A DNA stretch of 64,000 nt from Takakia lepidozioides (taxonomy: Eukaryota > Plantae > Bryophyta). The stretch covers positions 45,508,001 through 45,572,000 of the forward strand of contig CM060732.1 of the NCBI GenBank assembly GCA_030704615.1, given 5' to 3'. The notes beneath the pieces were generated by a model. That model worked only from the letters and a program-made list of their open reading frames with translations. It made no database searches and was not told the DNA's origin. Of this stretch, positions 51,201-63,097 are shown piece after piece; position 1 is the stretch's first letter; the number at the start of each line of letters is the position of its first letter. A program made the position numbers and the translations under genes.

Positions 51201-51598
51201 AGCTGGCAAGTGTAGAAACAATTTTTTCTAAATAATCAAAACCACACGACGGTGCGAAAATGGAAAGATCGGAGAAAAAAGAGCAAGAATGAGCAAGAAC
51301 GGTAAGAAAACTTCACACAGCCACGCCTTCCACACAAGAGTACAAGTCTCTGGACCATACTCCTAACCCGAAAAGCCTACACGCTGAAGCGTGTCTTAAA
51401 AACAACAATCAAAACGACTGAAGAAACGCCAAAAACGCTCGCACGAGCACATTGGATTCATTATAAATGTGCAAGTCTCAAGGCAATTCGGGGAAGGCTA
51501 TCAAATGAAAATAACACCACGATGATAAGGGAAAGAGCCAAGCTTCAAACCTGCACGGCCAGGCGACAATCGCCCCCACACTTCCGCGCATCTGTCAT
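48235..51598 (-). CDS. PCD: Pterin-4-alpha-carbinolamine dehydratase, ~125 aa. Exons: 51598-51551, 50430-50322, 48581-48526, 48399-48235
   Basis: Spliced product MTDARKCGGDCRLAVQVPDEELEQHLKAVPLWELLGDRKSISRTFVAKNFGEGLKFFNAVAQLAEEEGHHPDLHLTDYRTVRVVLSTHTLQGLSLLDFTLAARIDKINVQYSPKWLKENPLPSVN contains the PCD motifs E-x3-HHP-D, STH and D-F-x-LAA-x-ID. Confidence 0.9.
49184..50276 (-). mobile_element. RTE-group LINE family A, 5'-truncated and internally deleted, in PCD intron 2
   Basis: RT motifs KAGGPDGI, LYKKGD, QAGFRRNRGCVDHIF and LDVKKAYDTV are joined directly to a C-terminal CPLC...EDSIHFLIHCP. 15-bp TSD tctcacattgaaaga at 49169-49183 and 50277-50291. Confidence 0.92.
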
Positions 51599-52405
51599 TG
51601 CCACTGTCCCTTCTCTCTCTCTCTTTCTCTCTCGCTCTCTCTCCCTCCCTCCCTTTCTGAAGAATCTGGTAGAGGGTAGCCCGGGACGAAGAGGATCAAT
51701 CCAACGGTTCAGAATCATGGATTTTGGAATCCGACGGCCTACAACAATTATTGACCTAAAGCGGCCCTTATGGCCACATCAGACGCTACGCCGCATCCAC
51801 TTGGCAGTAGACCTGCTTACTTCACATTTGCACGGTGAGGGCCCACTTTGCCACCAACCGAGCCATCAAAATCATTTTAGCGGCCCCTTACCGGCTTGAC
51901 GTGGAAGGCCAAATTAAACGTGGCGTAGATGGAATTGACGTACTACATATTCAGTAGGTCACGGGTAGTTGATTCTGCCGATTCTGCCGGTTTCTAGGTC
52001 TCTTACTTGGCAGAGTTATGACCTTTTCGCGGCATCCGCGGTCAGGTGTGAGTTCCTAGTGACTATTACGCAATGGAACGGGCAATGGACTCCTCTTCAA
52101 AAAAGTGTCTTGCCCTACCTGGCTCGCCGTATTCCTCAGTAGGCAGCTCAGGGGGCAGAATGTCATCTGTGGGCCCATTCCATATTAGGGTAGAAGAACC
52201 CATTGCGGTGCAAACCCCTTCTTTGGTGTCGAGTAGCTATTAGTTCTAAGGCATCCGAGCATTAGATTGGGATCAGAGATGCATGTAAAATGGCCCCAAT
52301 GCGCACCCACAATGGCCCACAAAGACTTTATTGGTGGCTCATTCTTAAATGCACTCTGCAGCCTCTATGTAACACACATAAACAAACCATAATAGGGTCA
52401 AGTGA

Positions 52406-52801
52406 GTGGGGTCATCTGGACAATAAATGGGCCACCATAGGATCACATTGGGGAGTCTCCAATCTGCAACTACACCATGATAAGATCATATCATTTTCTT
52501 GCTAGAAACAAAAAATTTCATATCTCCACCATGAAAGCTGTACAAAATTACTAAGTTGGGACTTGCATAGCTCAAAGATGACGAATTCACACACTACGTA
52601 AGATACATAAAGAGATATGTGGGGTCATCTTGACAATTAATGGGCCACCACATGATCAAATTTAGGAGTGTCGAGAGTCCAATCTCTAACTTACACCATG
52701 ACAAGATCATATCACTTCCTTGCTAGAAACAAAAAAAATTATATCTCCACCATGAAAGCTGTACAAAATTACTAAGTTGGGACCTGCATAGCTCAAAGAT
52801 G
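52406..52801. repeat. Direct duplication of ~175-183 bp upstream of the pogo-like transposase
   Basis: gtggggtcatct.gacaat...atatctccaccatgaaagctgtacaaaattactaagttgggac.tgcatagctcaaagatg at 52406-52580 and 52619-52801. Confidence 0.9.
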
Positions 52802-53076
52802 CTCAGAGTCAGCTCTGCAAATCTTCATTTGAAGACTTGCCGCTCTCATCTTTCAAATTGCAAACTTGCCGCTAATCTTTCAAATTTCAGAGTCCTTCAA
52901 TAACATTAATGTCATCTTCTAATTGTGCATTCACGTGGATCAAGCACAAGCTGAAACTATAGCCACCCTTCGATAGACAAACAAATCATGTTAGTCGTTG
53001 ATTAACATCATGGCTTGTTCACATATCTACATAAGCAAGTCAATGAGACAGTTCGCTTCCATCTATTTGTTCTACA

Positions 53077-53340
53077 ATGTCTTCTGTCTCTGTAGAAGCA
53101 CCATATGTTTTTTGCTATTGTGCAGATTGCTACAGTGAGAGACATATGTACAAAAGGTACCCTGCTACAACACATTGTACTTGCAAGCTTGATGTTAAAC
53201 GACAACTATCTATCATTGATGCACTTAGGAATCGCGCTTTACACTGTAGATGTAAGAAGCCACGTATATTTCCAGCATATTGGTGCATTTATCGACAGCA
53301 AAATGAGGAGGAAGACAACGTTGTAGCGGCAAATATGTGA
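53077..53340 (+). CDS. Putative small Cys/His-rich protein (87 aa) of unknown function
   Basis: Intact ATG-to-stop ORF with CYCADC, HCTC, HCRC and an acidic tail. No family recognised. Confidence 0.3.
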   Translation: MSSVSVEAPYVFCYCADCYSERHMYKRYPATTHCTCKLDVKRQLSIIDALRNRALHCRCKKPRIFPAYWCIYRQQNEEEDNVVAANM

Positions 53341-53424
53341 GCTTACGTTGTAGGAGAGTACATATGGAGATTGAATCTAGTTGAATCTAGTTGAAAATAT
53401 TAAGAGAATAATATAGTATTTATA

Positions 53425-55768
53425 ATGGCATTGCCCCGTAGCAGTCGACGCACAGGGCCTACATCGAGTGGAAGAAGTCATGCCGAACCTCCATCTGTGC
53501 AACTACCTGCAGCAACACAAAAATCAAAAAGAAAGAGAAGCAAACGAATTCCACCTGCATCTTCCAACGAGCCCGATCCACTATCGACACCATCTACCGG
53601 CATCGAGCCTGTTCTATCACCATCTACCGGCATCCTCCAGCCTGTTCCACTATCTCCACCACCTACAAGCAACGTGCAGTCTAATCTTCCTACCAGCAGT
53701 ACACGCAAGCTACAACGCAGATTGATTACAAAGACGGTGTGGACAAAAGAGCAAATGGCTAAAGCGGTTGATGCTCTCGATGATGGCTGGATAAGTTCAA
53801 TTCGGGAAGCTGCACGACAGTTCCACATCCCTCCATCTAGCATACGAAGATGGTTAAATGGTATGCCTACTTTGTCTATGCTAATTTTGTATGTGCTTAA
53901 TTTACAATTCCATGCTACATCTCTAACAAATTTCTAACGTGTTTTGCAGGTGTGACAAGCACCAAACAGTCTGGTCCAGCAACTGTGTTAACTGCAGATG
54001 AAGAGAGCGAACTGATTAGTTGGATCATAAATGCACAGAATGCTGGAAAATGTATAAATTTGCCGATGTTACGTGTTAGAGTGAAAACGTTGATTTCTGA
54101 TCGACCAAATCCATTCTTAAATGGAAATCCTGGGAGAAGTTGGTGGGCTGCATTTAGAAAACGTCATCCAGAGATCGTTGAAAGAACTGCCGAGGGTCTG
54201 GAGAGAGCTCGTACAGCAAACGTCAGTACACACATTGTTCATCCTTTCTATGAAAATCTAAGAGAGATTTATCAAAAACACCAGTATGAAGCACGTCAAG
54301 TGTGGAATTGTGACGAGACTGGTCTCAAAGCAGGTAGAACATTGGGCATGCGAGTACTGGCCAAAAAAAAGAGCAGAGATGTTTATGGTGTGTTGTTTGC
54401 CTCAATAGAGTGGGTTACTATTCTGTCTTGTGTAAATGTTGTTGGGCAAGCAATTCCCAATTTTTATGTTTTCAAAGGCAAAACAAGAGTTCCTCGAAGG
54501 AACTTCATCGCAGGATATGAGGTGAGCGCAGCCATGGCTCTTCAGAAGAAAGCATGGATGACTGCAGAGTTGTTTGCTCATTTGTTGATACATTTCAAGA
54601 TAAATGTGTCAGGTGGGATTTCGCTATCAAATCGACACTTGTTGATACTTGACAACCATGGCTATCACATTTCTGAGCAGGCAATCATCACGGCAGCAGT
54701 TATGGGTCTCAACATCGTAACCATTCCAGCACATACATCGCATAAGTTGCAGCCGTTAGATATTTCATGCTTCGGACCCTTTAAACATTATTTTTAAGTG
54801 GAGTGAAGCTTGTTCATGATGGAATATGGAGGCGAAGTTGACAAAGAGCACTTGGCCCAATTGGCATGCAAGGCGTTAAGACAATCGCTCACTCCATCAA
54901 ATATCATCTCTGGTTTTCGAAAGACTGGAATTTGGCCATTGGAATGTACAGCTATGGATGGCAACTTTGGGCCCAACGTCGACTTGGATGCTACGGCAGA
55001 ATTACCACCGTTGAGAGAAAATATCGATTTCACACATGACAACGGTCAGATAGATGGACATGAGCAGAACATACAAACACCAACTTGTGCCAGCATGATG
55101 GGCAATGAAGATGTGTACAGGCCTAATATGAGTCAATTTGTCGAAGACGATTTTGTTCCTCAGAAATGGCTACAATTGAGATGGTTGGAATTGTGGACAG
55201 GGAGCCCGTACAACAGGGAGGTGTTGCGATCATATCGACTACTGCAGATATTGTGGTGAGGGAGTCTGTGCAATAGGTAGGTCTTGCAGGTCTTGCGATC
55301 GTATCGACTACTAGTGCAGATATTGTCTTGTCTGCAAGCACCGATCGACAAAATCCTAGACATTACGACAGTACGTGTAGTGCATTGTTGACTTCTGCAG
55401 AGTACTTAGCACATGTCCATGATAAAGCTAATCGAAAACTAGCTTTGTTAAAGGAAGAGAGATCAAGAAAGCACAAAAAGTGTTGACAGCAAATCAGAGA
55501 AAAATGCTAGCATCTACTTGTCGACTTGAGAGAGAAGCGAAAATTGCAGCCAGATAAGAAAAAGCCAAAATTGAATATGTGGTATAAGGAACAAGATGAC
55601 ATTTTCATTAAGTTCTTTAGAAGTGATGTGTTGCTTGATAATGCATACAAGCCTAAATTAAGGCGAAGTACTGCAGAAGAGACCATGGCAAGAGCGAGTA
55701 GACTTGATGCACTTCGATTGAGCAGATTGGTGAGAGCCGCAGTAGGCCTAGCTGCAGCTCGGTTGTAA
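53425..55768 (+). mobile_element. pogo/Fot1-like DDE transposase (psq-like HTH + CENP-B HTH + DDE_1) with one intron (53861-53949) and a degenerate C-terminal half
   Basis: WTKEQMAKAV...SIREAARQFHIPPSSIRRWLNG|VT...TVLTADEESELISWI, PGRSWWAAFRKRHP, WNCDETG, LLILDNHGYH, LQPLDISCFGPFK, NIISGFRKTGIWP and LLTSAEYL. Stops begin at 54795. Confidence 0.9.
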
Positions 55769-57688
55769 CTTAAATCAGCCACAATATCAAAGTGGTGTTT
55801 CTGATTGCCATTCTGGCTAAGGTGATTTAGTTATTTTTGCATATCATGTTGTATCATTGACACACACCAAACCACAAAGGGAGCAATGTACTCGGTTCTC
55901 GAACAAACATACACTGAAGAATGCGCCGGCATTGGTGTCTCGTTGTGTCACAGAACCCACCATGGTGACTCATTGTCTTTGAACCACGTCAAGGTCAGGT
56001 GGGCCACATGCAACCACTGACCCCCTTACTAGGGGCCCATTTTAAGGTAGTAAAAGCTCAGAACTGGAAGATACTTCTAATTACATAAATTTAGCCTATT
56101 TGAAGGGCTTTTTATTAATATCTTACATGGCTTTATAGGTAAAAGTCAGAACAATTTATGCTCATTTAACTGGTTTGGTGCGCCATGACTGGTGTTTCTA
56201 CCCTACAACATTGACTACAGCCATTTGCCTACCTCCCCCTAAACGTCTCTAGTCTAAACCCATTTTCACCCATGACCTATCTCGAGTCAAGGTGTTTGAG
56301 CTTTCCAAATCCCCTACTTTTTCAAATATGTATGTTATGCTCCGTAATGGTGATGGATGTCAAGACTGATATCGGTTGTTAGGGTATACCACCTTGTGCC
56401 CATATGTACGCTCTTACATGTGATCGCATCGATATGCGTTGCAACCACCATGACGAGCCTTAAACGTGCGCGTCTAGGGTGACCATATACTAGCTAGGAG
56501 GTTTCTATACGATAACTAATCCTACCAGCAAAGAAGCGTTTGTAATTCTTTCTATTGTGCAAATAAAATTGGATTGATGTGTTTATAACTATTCTCAATG
56601 CAATATCATGAAGTACACCAAACGGATGACATAAAAAATGAAAATTGACTAACAACCACAAACATGTTGTTGAATATTGCATCTTAGACATTTGTCTTAA
56701 GATTATATTATACTATAAAATGCATCTGATTTGCAAGCCCCAATTCACCATGATTCCAATCATACAGCTATCACATCAAACATTTGATGAACTCAACTTC
56801 CATTGTTTATTTTTTAAATCTTTAAATCTCTTGGAGTCTAAATTCCCTTCTTCGACAGATACATTGCAAGATGAGTAGGCAGCCTAATTCTCTAGTTGGC
56901 TCTTCCAAAACAAAGTCCTCAACATGATCCCTCAGAATAACAAGTACCTCTACTTGTTTGTGCTTATGATGCGCTTGCCCCTGCAAAATTTTAGGTTTTC
57001 ATACAAGTTCAGGTGATCAAATGACCTTCACGAAAGAATATGTAACATTGCTCACAACTTTGCAATTAGATCACTGTGCAATCTATCCTCCACAAGTTTT
57101 TGTATGCATAGATGGAGCTAAGGAAGTGTTACTAGATGTGATAAAGTTTTTCAATATTGTAGAGATGGAAGGTTCAAATATATATGTGTATAATGGATGT
57201 ATGAGATACAATACGCATCACATATGAGAGCATAAGATTATTCCATATAGCATGACATGGTATGACATCCTCTGTTTATATATGACACGTATGTAATAGT
57301 TTATGGCCGAGTTGGTAATTTCCAGAACATGATATGTATAACATGGAACTGAAGGTGGGGTTGAGGAGGAAGGCCACACATGCAAGAGGCATTAACTTCA
57401 AGGTGTGGAGCTCATGGATATTGTGGTAGCAAAAACAACTGAACTGCAAAAATACACCTGGCTGATTTACATAATATTGTTATTTTCTTACCATGTAGGT
57501 CGATTGATCCATGTTTGCTGCTAGTAGGTGGAATGATGTCACTTTTGTAGGGGGTAAAAATGCTTATGGAATTCACTGTGCTCTAGGGTTAGAGTTTTCA
57601 GAAGGGGATCATAGCTTGATTGAGAGGAATTAACTCATCAGCCAAGTTGGATTGGAATTTGAGAAAACATGTTCGCGGAGAGTAACAA

Positions 57689-58672
57689 CTATCGATATTT
57701 GGTTGTCAGTTTCTCTTTCTGCTTTAGCTTAATCATCCCATGTACAACCTGGAAGGCAATTAATTCCTTCAGCATGGTACCTGCCTCAGACCAGTACCTT
57801 GCAAAGTGATGATCCTCGATGGGTCGATTGTTCGGAAGAACCTTAGTCCGAGTTGCCACTGACAACCAAATGCGCATGATCTGGTAGTAATGTGCCAATG
57901 ACTGCGGAGGACTAAATTCCTTCCAAGCCAAATCCAGCACAATGGGAATTTGGTTGAAGGGCATAATCATAGCCCGACTGTACTCCCGTGAAGCAGGAGT
58001 CCTAGGTGGATTAAAAGCAGCATCTCCCCATACCTCAGGCTATGGTTTGGCTGTAGTAGCAACAGTGTTAGCTACCTGCACAGGCACCTACTGTAGTATT
58101 GGTACCACTAGCATCTCCTGCACCCTCTGCAAAGAAGACTGAAAAATTAGAGTCCTGGCATGTAAATAAGTAGCCATCAGCTGCTCCTCAGGAACAAAGA
58201 CTCTCTTGTCAATATTTGAACTCGGGTCATCCACTTGAGTCTACAGGCCTTCCACATCCTCCTGTAGCTCCGCTATCATACTATAGACATTGTCTATAGT
58301 AGTTGTGGCAATGTTCTGCACCTGCAATCTGAGCTCATTCATCTCGCCTTGGGTGAGCTTCCGTGGTGCTTTGCCTTCTACCGGCCCTTGTGCTAACCAG
58401 ACCTACATAAGGTGGTTATTCACCAAGTCCTGTGTGGCACCCCTGAGAGTCTGCTCCTCCGTGAGTATGTACACATCTAACCGCTACTGTAAAGCCTCCA
58501 TGCGCTTTGCATGAGGTTCAACCAGACCCGCATAGGCAGCAGCCAGACCCGCATAGTCACAGAAGTCTACACCAACTGCTTCCGTGGATCTATGACAAAC
58601 ACAGTAGAAACGAAGTCGCCGTGACTCCAACAACAGCTGCGGAGCTACCTGTGGGATTCCCCCATCGGCCAT
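57689..58672 (-). pseudogene. Unidentified ~328-codon reading frame interrupted only by TAG stops
   Basis: ORFs 58484-58672 and 57689-57970 are in one frame. The sequence between them reads through without a frameshift, with five internal TAG codons in total. Confidence 0.6.
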
Positions 58673-58674
58673 AT

Positions 58675-59330
58675 CTGATCAATAGATTTCCAGTCCTGAG
58701 TTTTGACGCCCTTGTACAAGAACATGATCTAACACTATATCATGCGTATATTTACCAATAATTGTTCATTAAGAATGAAACCATTTTCTTAACAAACGAT
58801 ATGGCATTTCAATACGAATTCTGGAATAGGAGAAATCACTTCGAGACAGTCAACGACGTGCTTCATTCGAAGTTGAACTTCAACATATATCTAGAAGTGG
58901 TGGCTCCCAGGGACATGATCCGGGAGTTGTAGCTGCAGATATCAGGTAAGATTCATTTCCATGAATCCTCTTACTCTAGGTTTACTCTACATCAAAATTG
59001 TGGAGGTTGTACAATCTCTATGGTTTTGATTTGTCCTTAGACCTTGTGTATGACTGCATGCACATAAATATGTGACAAATTTGAAGGAAAGGTCTCATGG
59101 ACGGGAGAAGGACTGGGAAATTGCTTTATTGGAAGTGACAGCGAAAAGCCATCTGAAGTGGGGGCACGATGGCCATGTCACATTACTGATCGACTAGGGT
59201 ATTGGAAAGCTGAGGAGTTTCATGAACTCTTCATTTCTCTTTGTCTTCCATATATCCTTGATCACATGGAGTTCACTAGAAATGATCCCTTGTATGCATT
59301 TTCTTGCTCATCAGGTATGCCTAGATAGTG
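58675..59330 (+). mobile_element. Degenerate spliced remnant of a CACTA/EnSpm (CMC)-like transposase
   Basis: RWPCHITDRLGYWKAEEFH...LCLPYILDH near 59170-59270 resembles the CMC R-x-P...W-K-A-x-E motif. Donor ATCAG|GTAAG at ~58946. Confidence 0.45.
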
Positions 59331-61481
59331 GCTTGGCTGCCAAGCTCGTCCACTGTCGAGTTCCTCTTCAAGCAGCTCACATAACGAAGGGCTTGACAAC
59401 TGAAGACTTTGTCTTTGCATAGACTGCAAGGGGATTCGGCAACGCCTCATAAGGACTTGCGAAACGCATCAGCGTCGTCGTGGTCTTTTCTAGGCACAAG
59501 CTATGGTCGGCAATAATCATGATGAGGATCCTGATCTTGATCCTAAGGATCATCAAGATCCTGATGATGATCTTGACGTCATGGGGTTAGAGGGTGGTCA
59601 AATGATGGCCCAGCCGATGATGAAGAAGAACGTGATGACATCGCATGAGGGATGGAGAGGCAAACTGGGGGTAAACTTCGACTTTGAAGCATGGAAAGCG
59701 CCATATGTGCAAACTCGGAAACGGGGGAGGCCGGTCCTCAAGCTCCGTAAATGCTTCTCATGGGAATCTAAATGGGTGATCGAGTGGAAGGAGTTGCCGA
59801 TGCCCCTCACTCACAAATATCATATTTTGCATCATGGATTTTTTTTCTACCATATGAATGTTAAGAATGATCTAAAATTGTCGTCCATATTTTGAATCCA
59901 TAGATATAATTGTACATATGGACCGATGTTTAAGTTTTGTCACTTGTCACACAAAAGAAGGGAAAGAAAATAAATTTATCTAATAATTTACAAAAGTTCA
60001 TCCAAGACATATGTTTGGCTAGTCATTGATAGAGATAGAAAATAAAATACTTGAAGTAATATTTCTCCAAATCATCTTAAGTACATTTGATGATTTGTCA
60101 CTACACAATTATTCGCAAATAAATCATCTATCATGTTCTTCAAATGTGATAATATTTATAATAATAAACATTTTTCATTTTAATACAACCAATTGTTTGG
60201 ATACCTTATACATTTGCTTGCACAATAACCTTATGAACCTCATGGTGTTTTACGTCAATAGTTTGCAAGGAAATGTATTAAGTATAACAATATAATATTC
60301 TTATTTGGAAAAACATATGAGAAGATGATCTTGTAAGTTCACTAGCTGAGAATTCTCTTATGCAATAAGTCACAAATACCGAAGCCATGATAAACAAAGT
60401 ACTAAATTGAAAACAAGCCAAATTAGTATGATCTACATACCACATTTTGGTGCCTTCTGAGGATAAGGATTGGTAGATTTTTAGGACGTGGAAGGGGTAC
60501 ATGCTCTCTAGTGCCATTCTTCTGCACCTTCAAAAAATTCTTTTGGGCATGGCTACGTATTTGCAACCCAATCAAAACTCCTGAAAAAGTCAGCTGTGTG
60601 CAAACACTTCAGAAGTAAACCCACAACCCAATCATGAGCCTTGTTAGATGTTCCTAACAACTAGCAAAGGGGTTGTTTGTGCCTAGCAATGTTTGATCCC
60701 TGCTCCGATATGCCTACAGTGAGGGTTCCCCTGTTCACAAACCAGTAGTAGAGATCAACTCGCAATAATGCAACTGGTAATAGGATTCGATCTAAGGTCA
60801 TGTCACTAACAGCAAGGCCGCCTTAGAAGTGGTTGTGGGTTCAAAGCTACATGGATGTCACCCATTATGGCTGATGTAGCCATACGAGGGGGTACACCCA
60901 TTGAACTAGAGTGGGAGATTGAGAATGGTGGTCATATGTGAAAGATGTAAGTAGTCTTGTCGAAATTATGTAGTATGCATTCCAAACATCCCATAGATGA
61001 CCCAATGTTTAGGGCAGAAGGTTGATTTACAAAGGTTGTGGGTTCAAAGCCACATAGGTATACGTTGGATGCCACCCACCGACCCACCTATAAAAGGGAG
61101 TAACTGGATCAATTGCCTATGTAATACAATGGTACTTGAGGACTTTCGAGCTCTTGGAAGAGGGTTGCACAAACGCGTTGCTTTGGGTACGGCCATTAGA
61201 ATGTGTCTACCTTCCAAACAAAGGGCGGATGAAATGACACCATAAGTTACGTGTGCTTATGGGAAAAGTTCCTATCTCTGGGCGCCCGAAATTGAATATT
61301 CCATTGCCCATTCGACTAGACTAACTAACAACAAAATAGATTGAATAAATGAGTATGGCAACAAAAGAGTGAAGATCAAAGAATGATTTTGCAACTACAA
61401 AGTGATGTATTTTGTGTTGTCATTGCCATCACATGGCGACAATGATCCAACATTTTTTTTCCTAATCTTTGAGAGCCTTAC

Positions 61482-61648
61482 TCCATCCAATCGCCCACAG
61501 TGTTGATATGATAACACCATCTACACTAGAGATGATTCACGCCAATGATCAGAAGCTCTGCATCCACCCATTCACCAACAGTGTTGATACGATTATTACA
61601 CCGTCTACAGTCTAGATGAATTCAGGCTAAAGATCAGAAGCTATGCAT
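61482..61648. repeat. Diverged tandem duplication of ~83 bp
   Basis: Two copies of acagtgttgata.gat..acacc.tctaca...agatga.ttca.gc.aa.gatcagaagct.tgcatc. Confidence 0.8.
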
Positions 61649-62924
61649 CGTTGCCTTTCCTACCATGTGACATTTTCCTCTTTGGCAAACTCTCTCCCCG
61701 AATGGGGTCTCTTTCAAACACTTCACCCCTAATACAACGACCCGCTAAATTGGATGGCCAAATCGGGCCATTTTCATGGCACAAATCTTCACTGATAACC
61801 AAACCATTCAAATACTTAGGATGGTCCTTAAATTGAATTCTTCCCAAGTTTGGCTTAGGTCCAGTCTTTGGGCTAAGTACCCTATGCCTCTGAAAGTCTT
61901 TCTGTTCTTTTGTATTTTCCCCTTTTACTCTTGCAGAAGACAGAGCAGAATTTTGACTTCAAAATATTTGAACCTCATTATAGCCATTCCTGTATACACA
62001 TTCGAGATAAACAATAAGATTTTGTGGTCTTGAAAACAATTCAATGCTAATAGGGTGAGATTTTCCCCCCACATTACTTCAATTGCCTGGAGTGGCGGGA
62101 TGAAGACAAAATGTCTGTACCGCGGTCCAGTATGATGTCAAAAGAATAGGAGGAGCACAGGCAGCATCCTTCCCTATCAAGTCCCCGGTGATGCCACCGT
62201 AACCAATAATCATACCAAAGTTAGATCAATGGATTGAAGTCAGCAGCTTAGTCCAATCACATGGAGTAATACTCTTCTTGTCGTCAGAGAGTAAACTGCC
62301 ATCTCCAGCTGGTTAGTCTCAGAGATCTGATAATGCAGTGCTGGATGAGCCCAATAATGGCTTTGTAACACCCCAGGGGACAGATGGTGTTGCTCTAAAG
62401 GCTGCTTTCATTCATCTCTCTTAGTCCTACATTATCCTGCAACTGCCAGATTGGCTCCTGCAAGACACCACATACAACTTCATTAAATCACAAATCAACA
62501 CTCCCCAGTGTTGAAGATGGCAGGGTTGGTCGGCAGAGTTCCACTCTGCAGTTGAACTAGTACATAATATATGAGAAGTACTGAAGTAGGTGCGGGGGGG
62601 GGGGGGGGGTTGATGAAAGGGAACAAGTTAAGAGGAGAAGAAAGATGCTGAGAATGGCTGGTGGGGGCCCATCATTTATACTGCTTGGATGTTACTTCAA
62701 GTACTATAACTGAGCTAGTGGGAGCCTGACAACTCCTTTTGAAATCCTTTAGAGTCAGACTGGAGGCTCCCCACTGTAATGCCACATCACTAACCATTGG
62801 TTACCCTCGGAGCAAGTTGCACGATATGCTTTCAATGGTGTTAGCATATACCATGGCACATTTAATCCCTCAAAGGTGGGGACTTTGGTATGAAGATGCA
62901 AAAATCCCAACAAGGGCCACACTA

Positions 62925-63097
62925 GCAGCGGCGTTATGCCACAACATGTAACCTCCCAGGATTGATTCCAGTCAGCAAGAAGCACACATACAGAAGCATA
63001 CATTCCAACCGGCAAATTAGCAGAGGCATTATGCCATAATATTCCAACCTCCAAGCCAAGTTCCAGTCAGCAAAAAGGCAAAACCTCCAGAAGCATT
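62925..63097. repeat. Diverged direct repeat with ~93-bp period
   Basis: Two copies of tagcag.ggc.ttatgcca.aa.at...aacctcc....ttccagtcagcaa.aag......cagaagcat. Confidence 0.7.

Noticed and set aside
52286-56044. TIRs for the pogo-like element (TAAAATGGCCCC / GGGGCCCATTTTA)
   Set aside because: Only a ~12-bp imperfect match, too weak to fix the boundaries.
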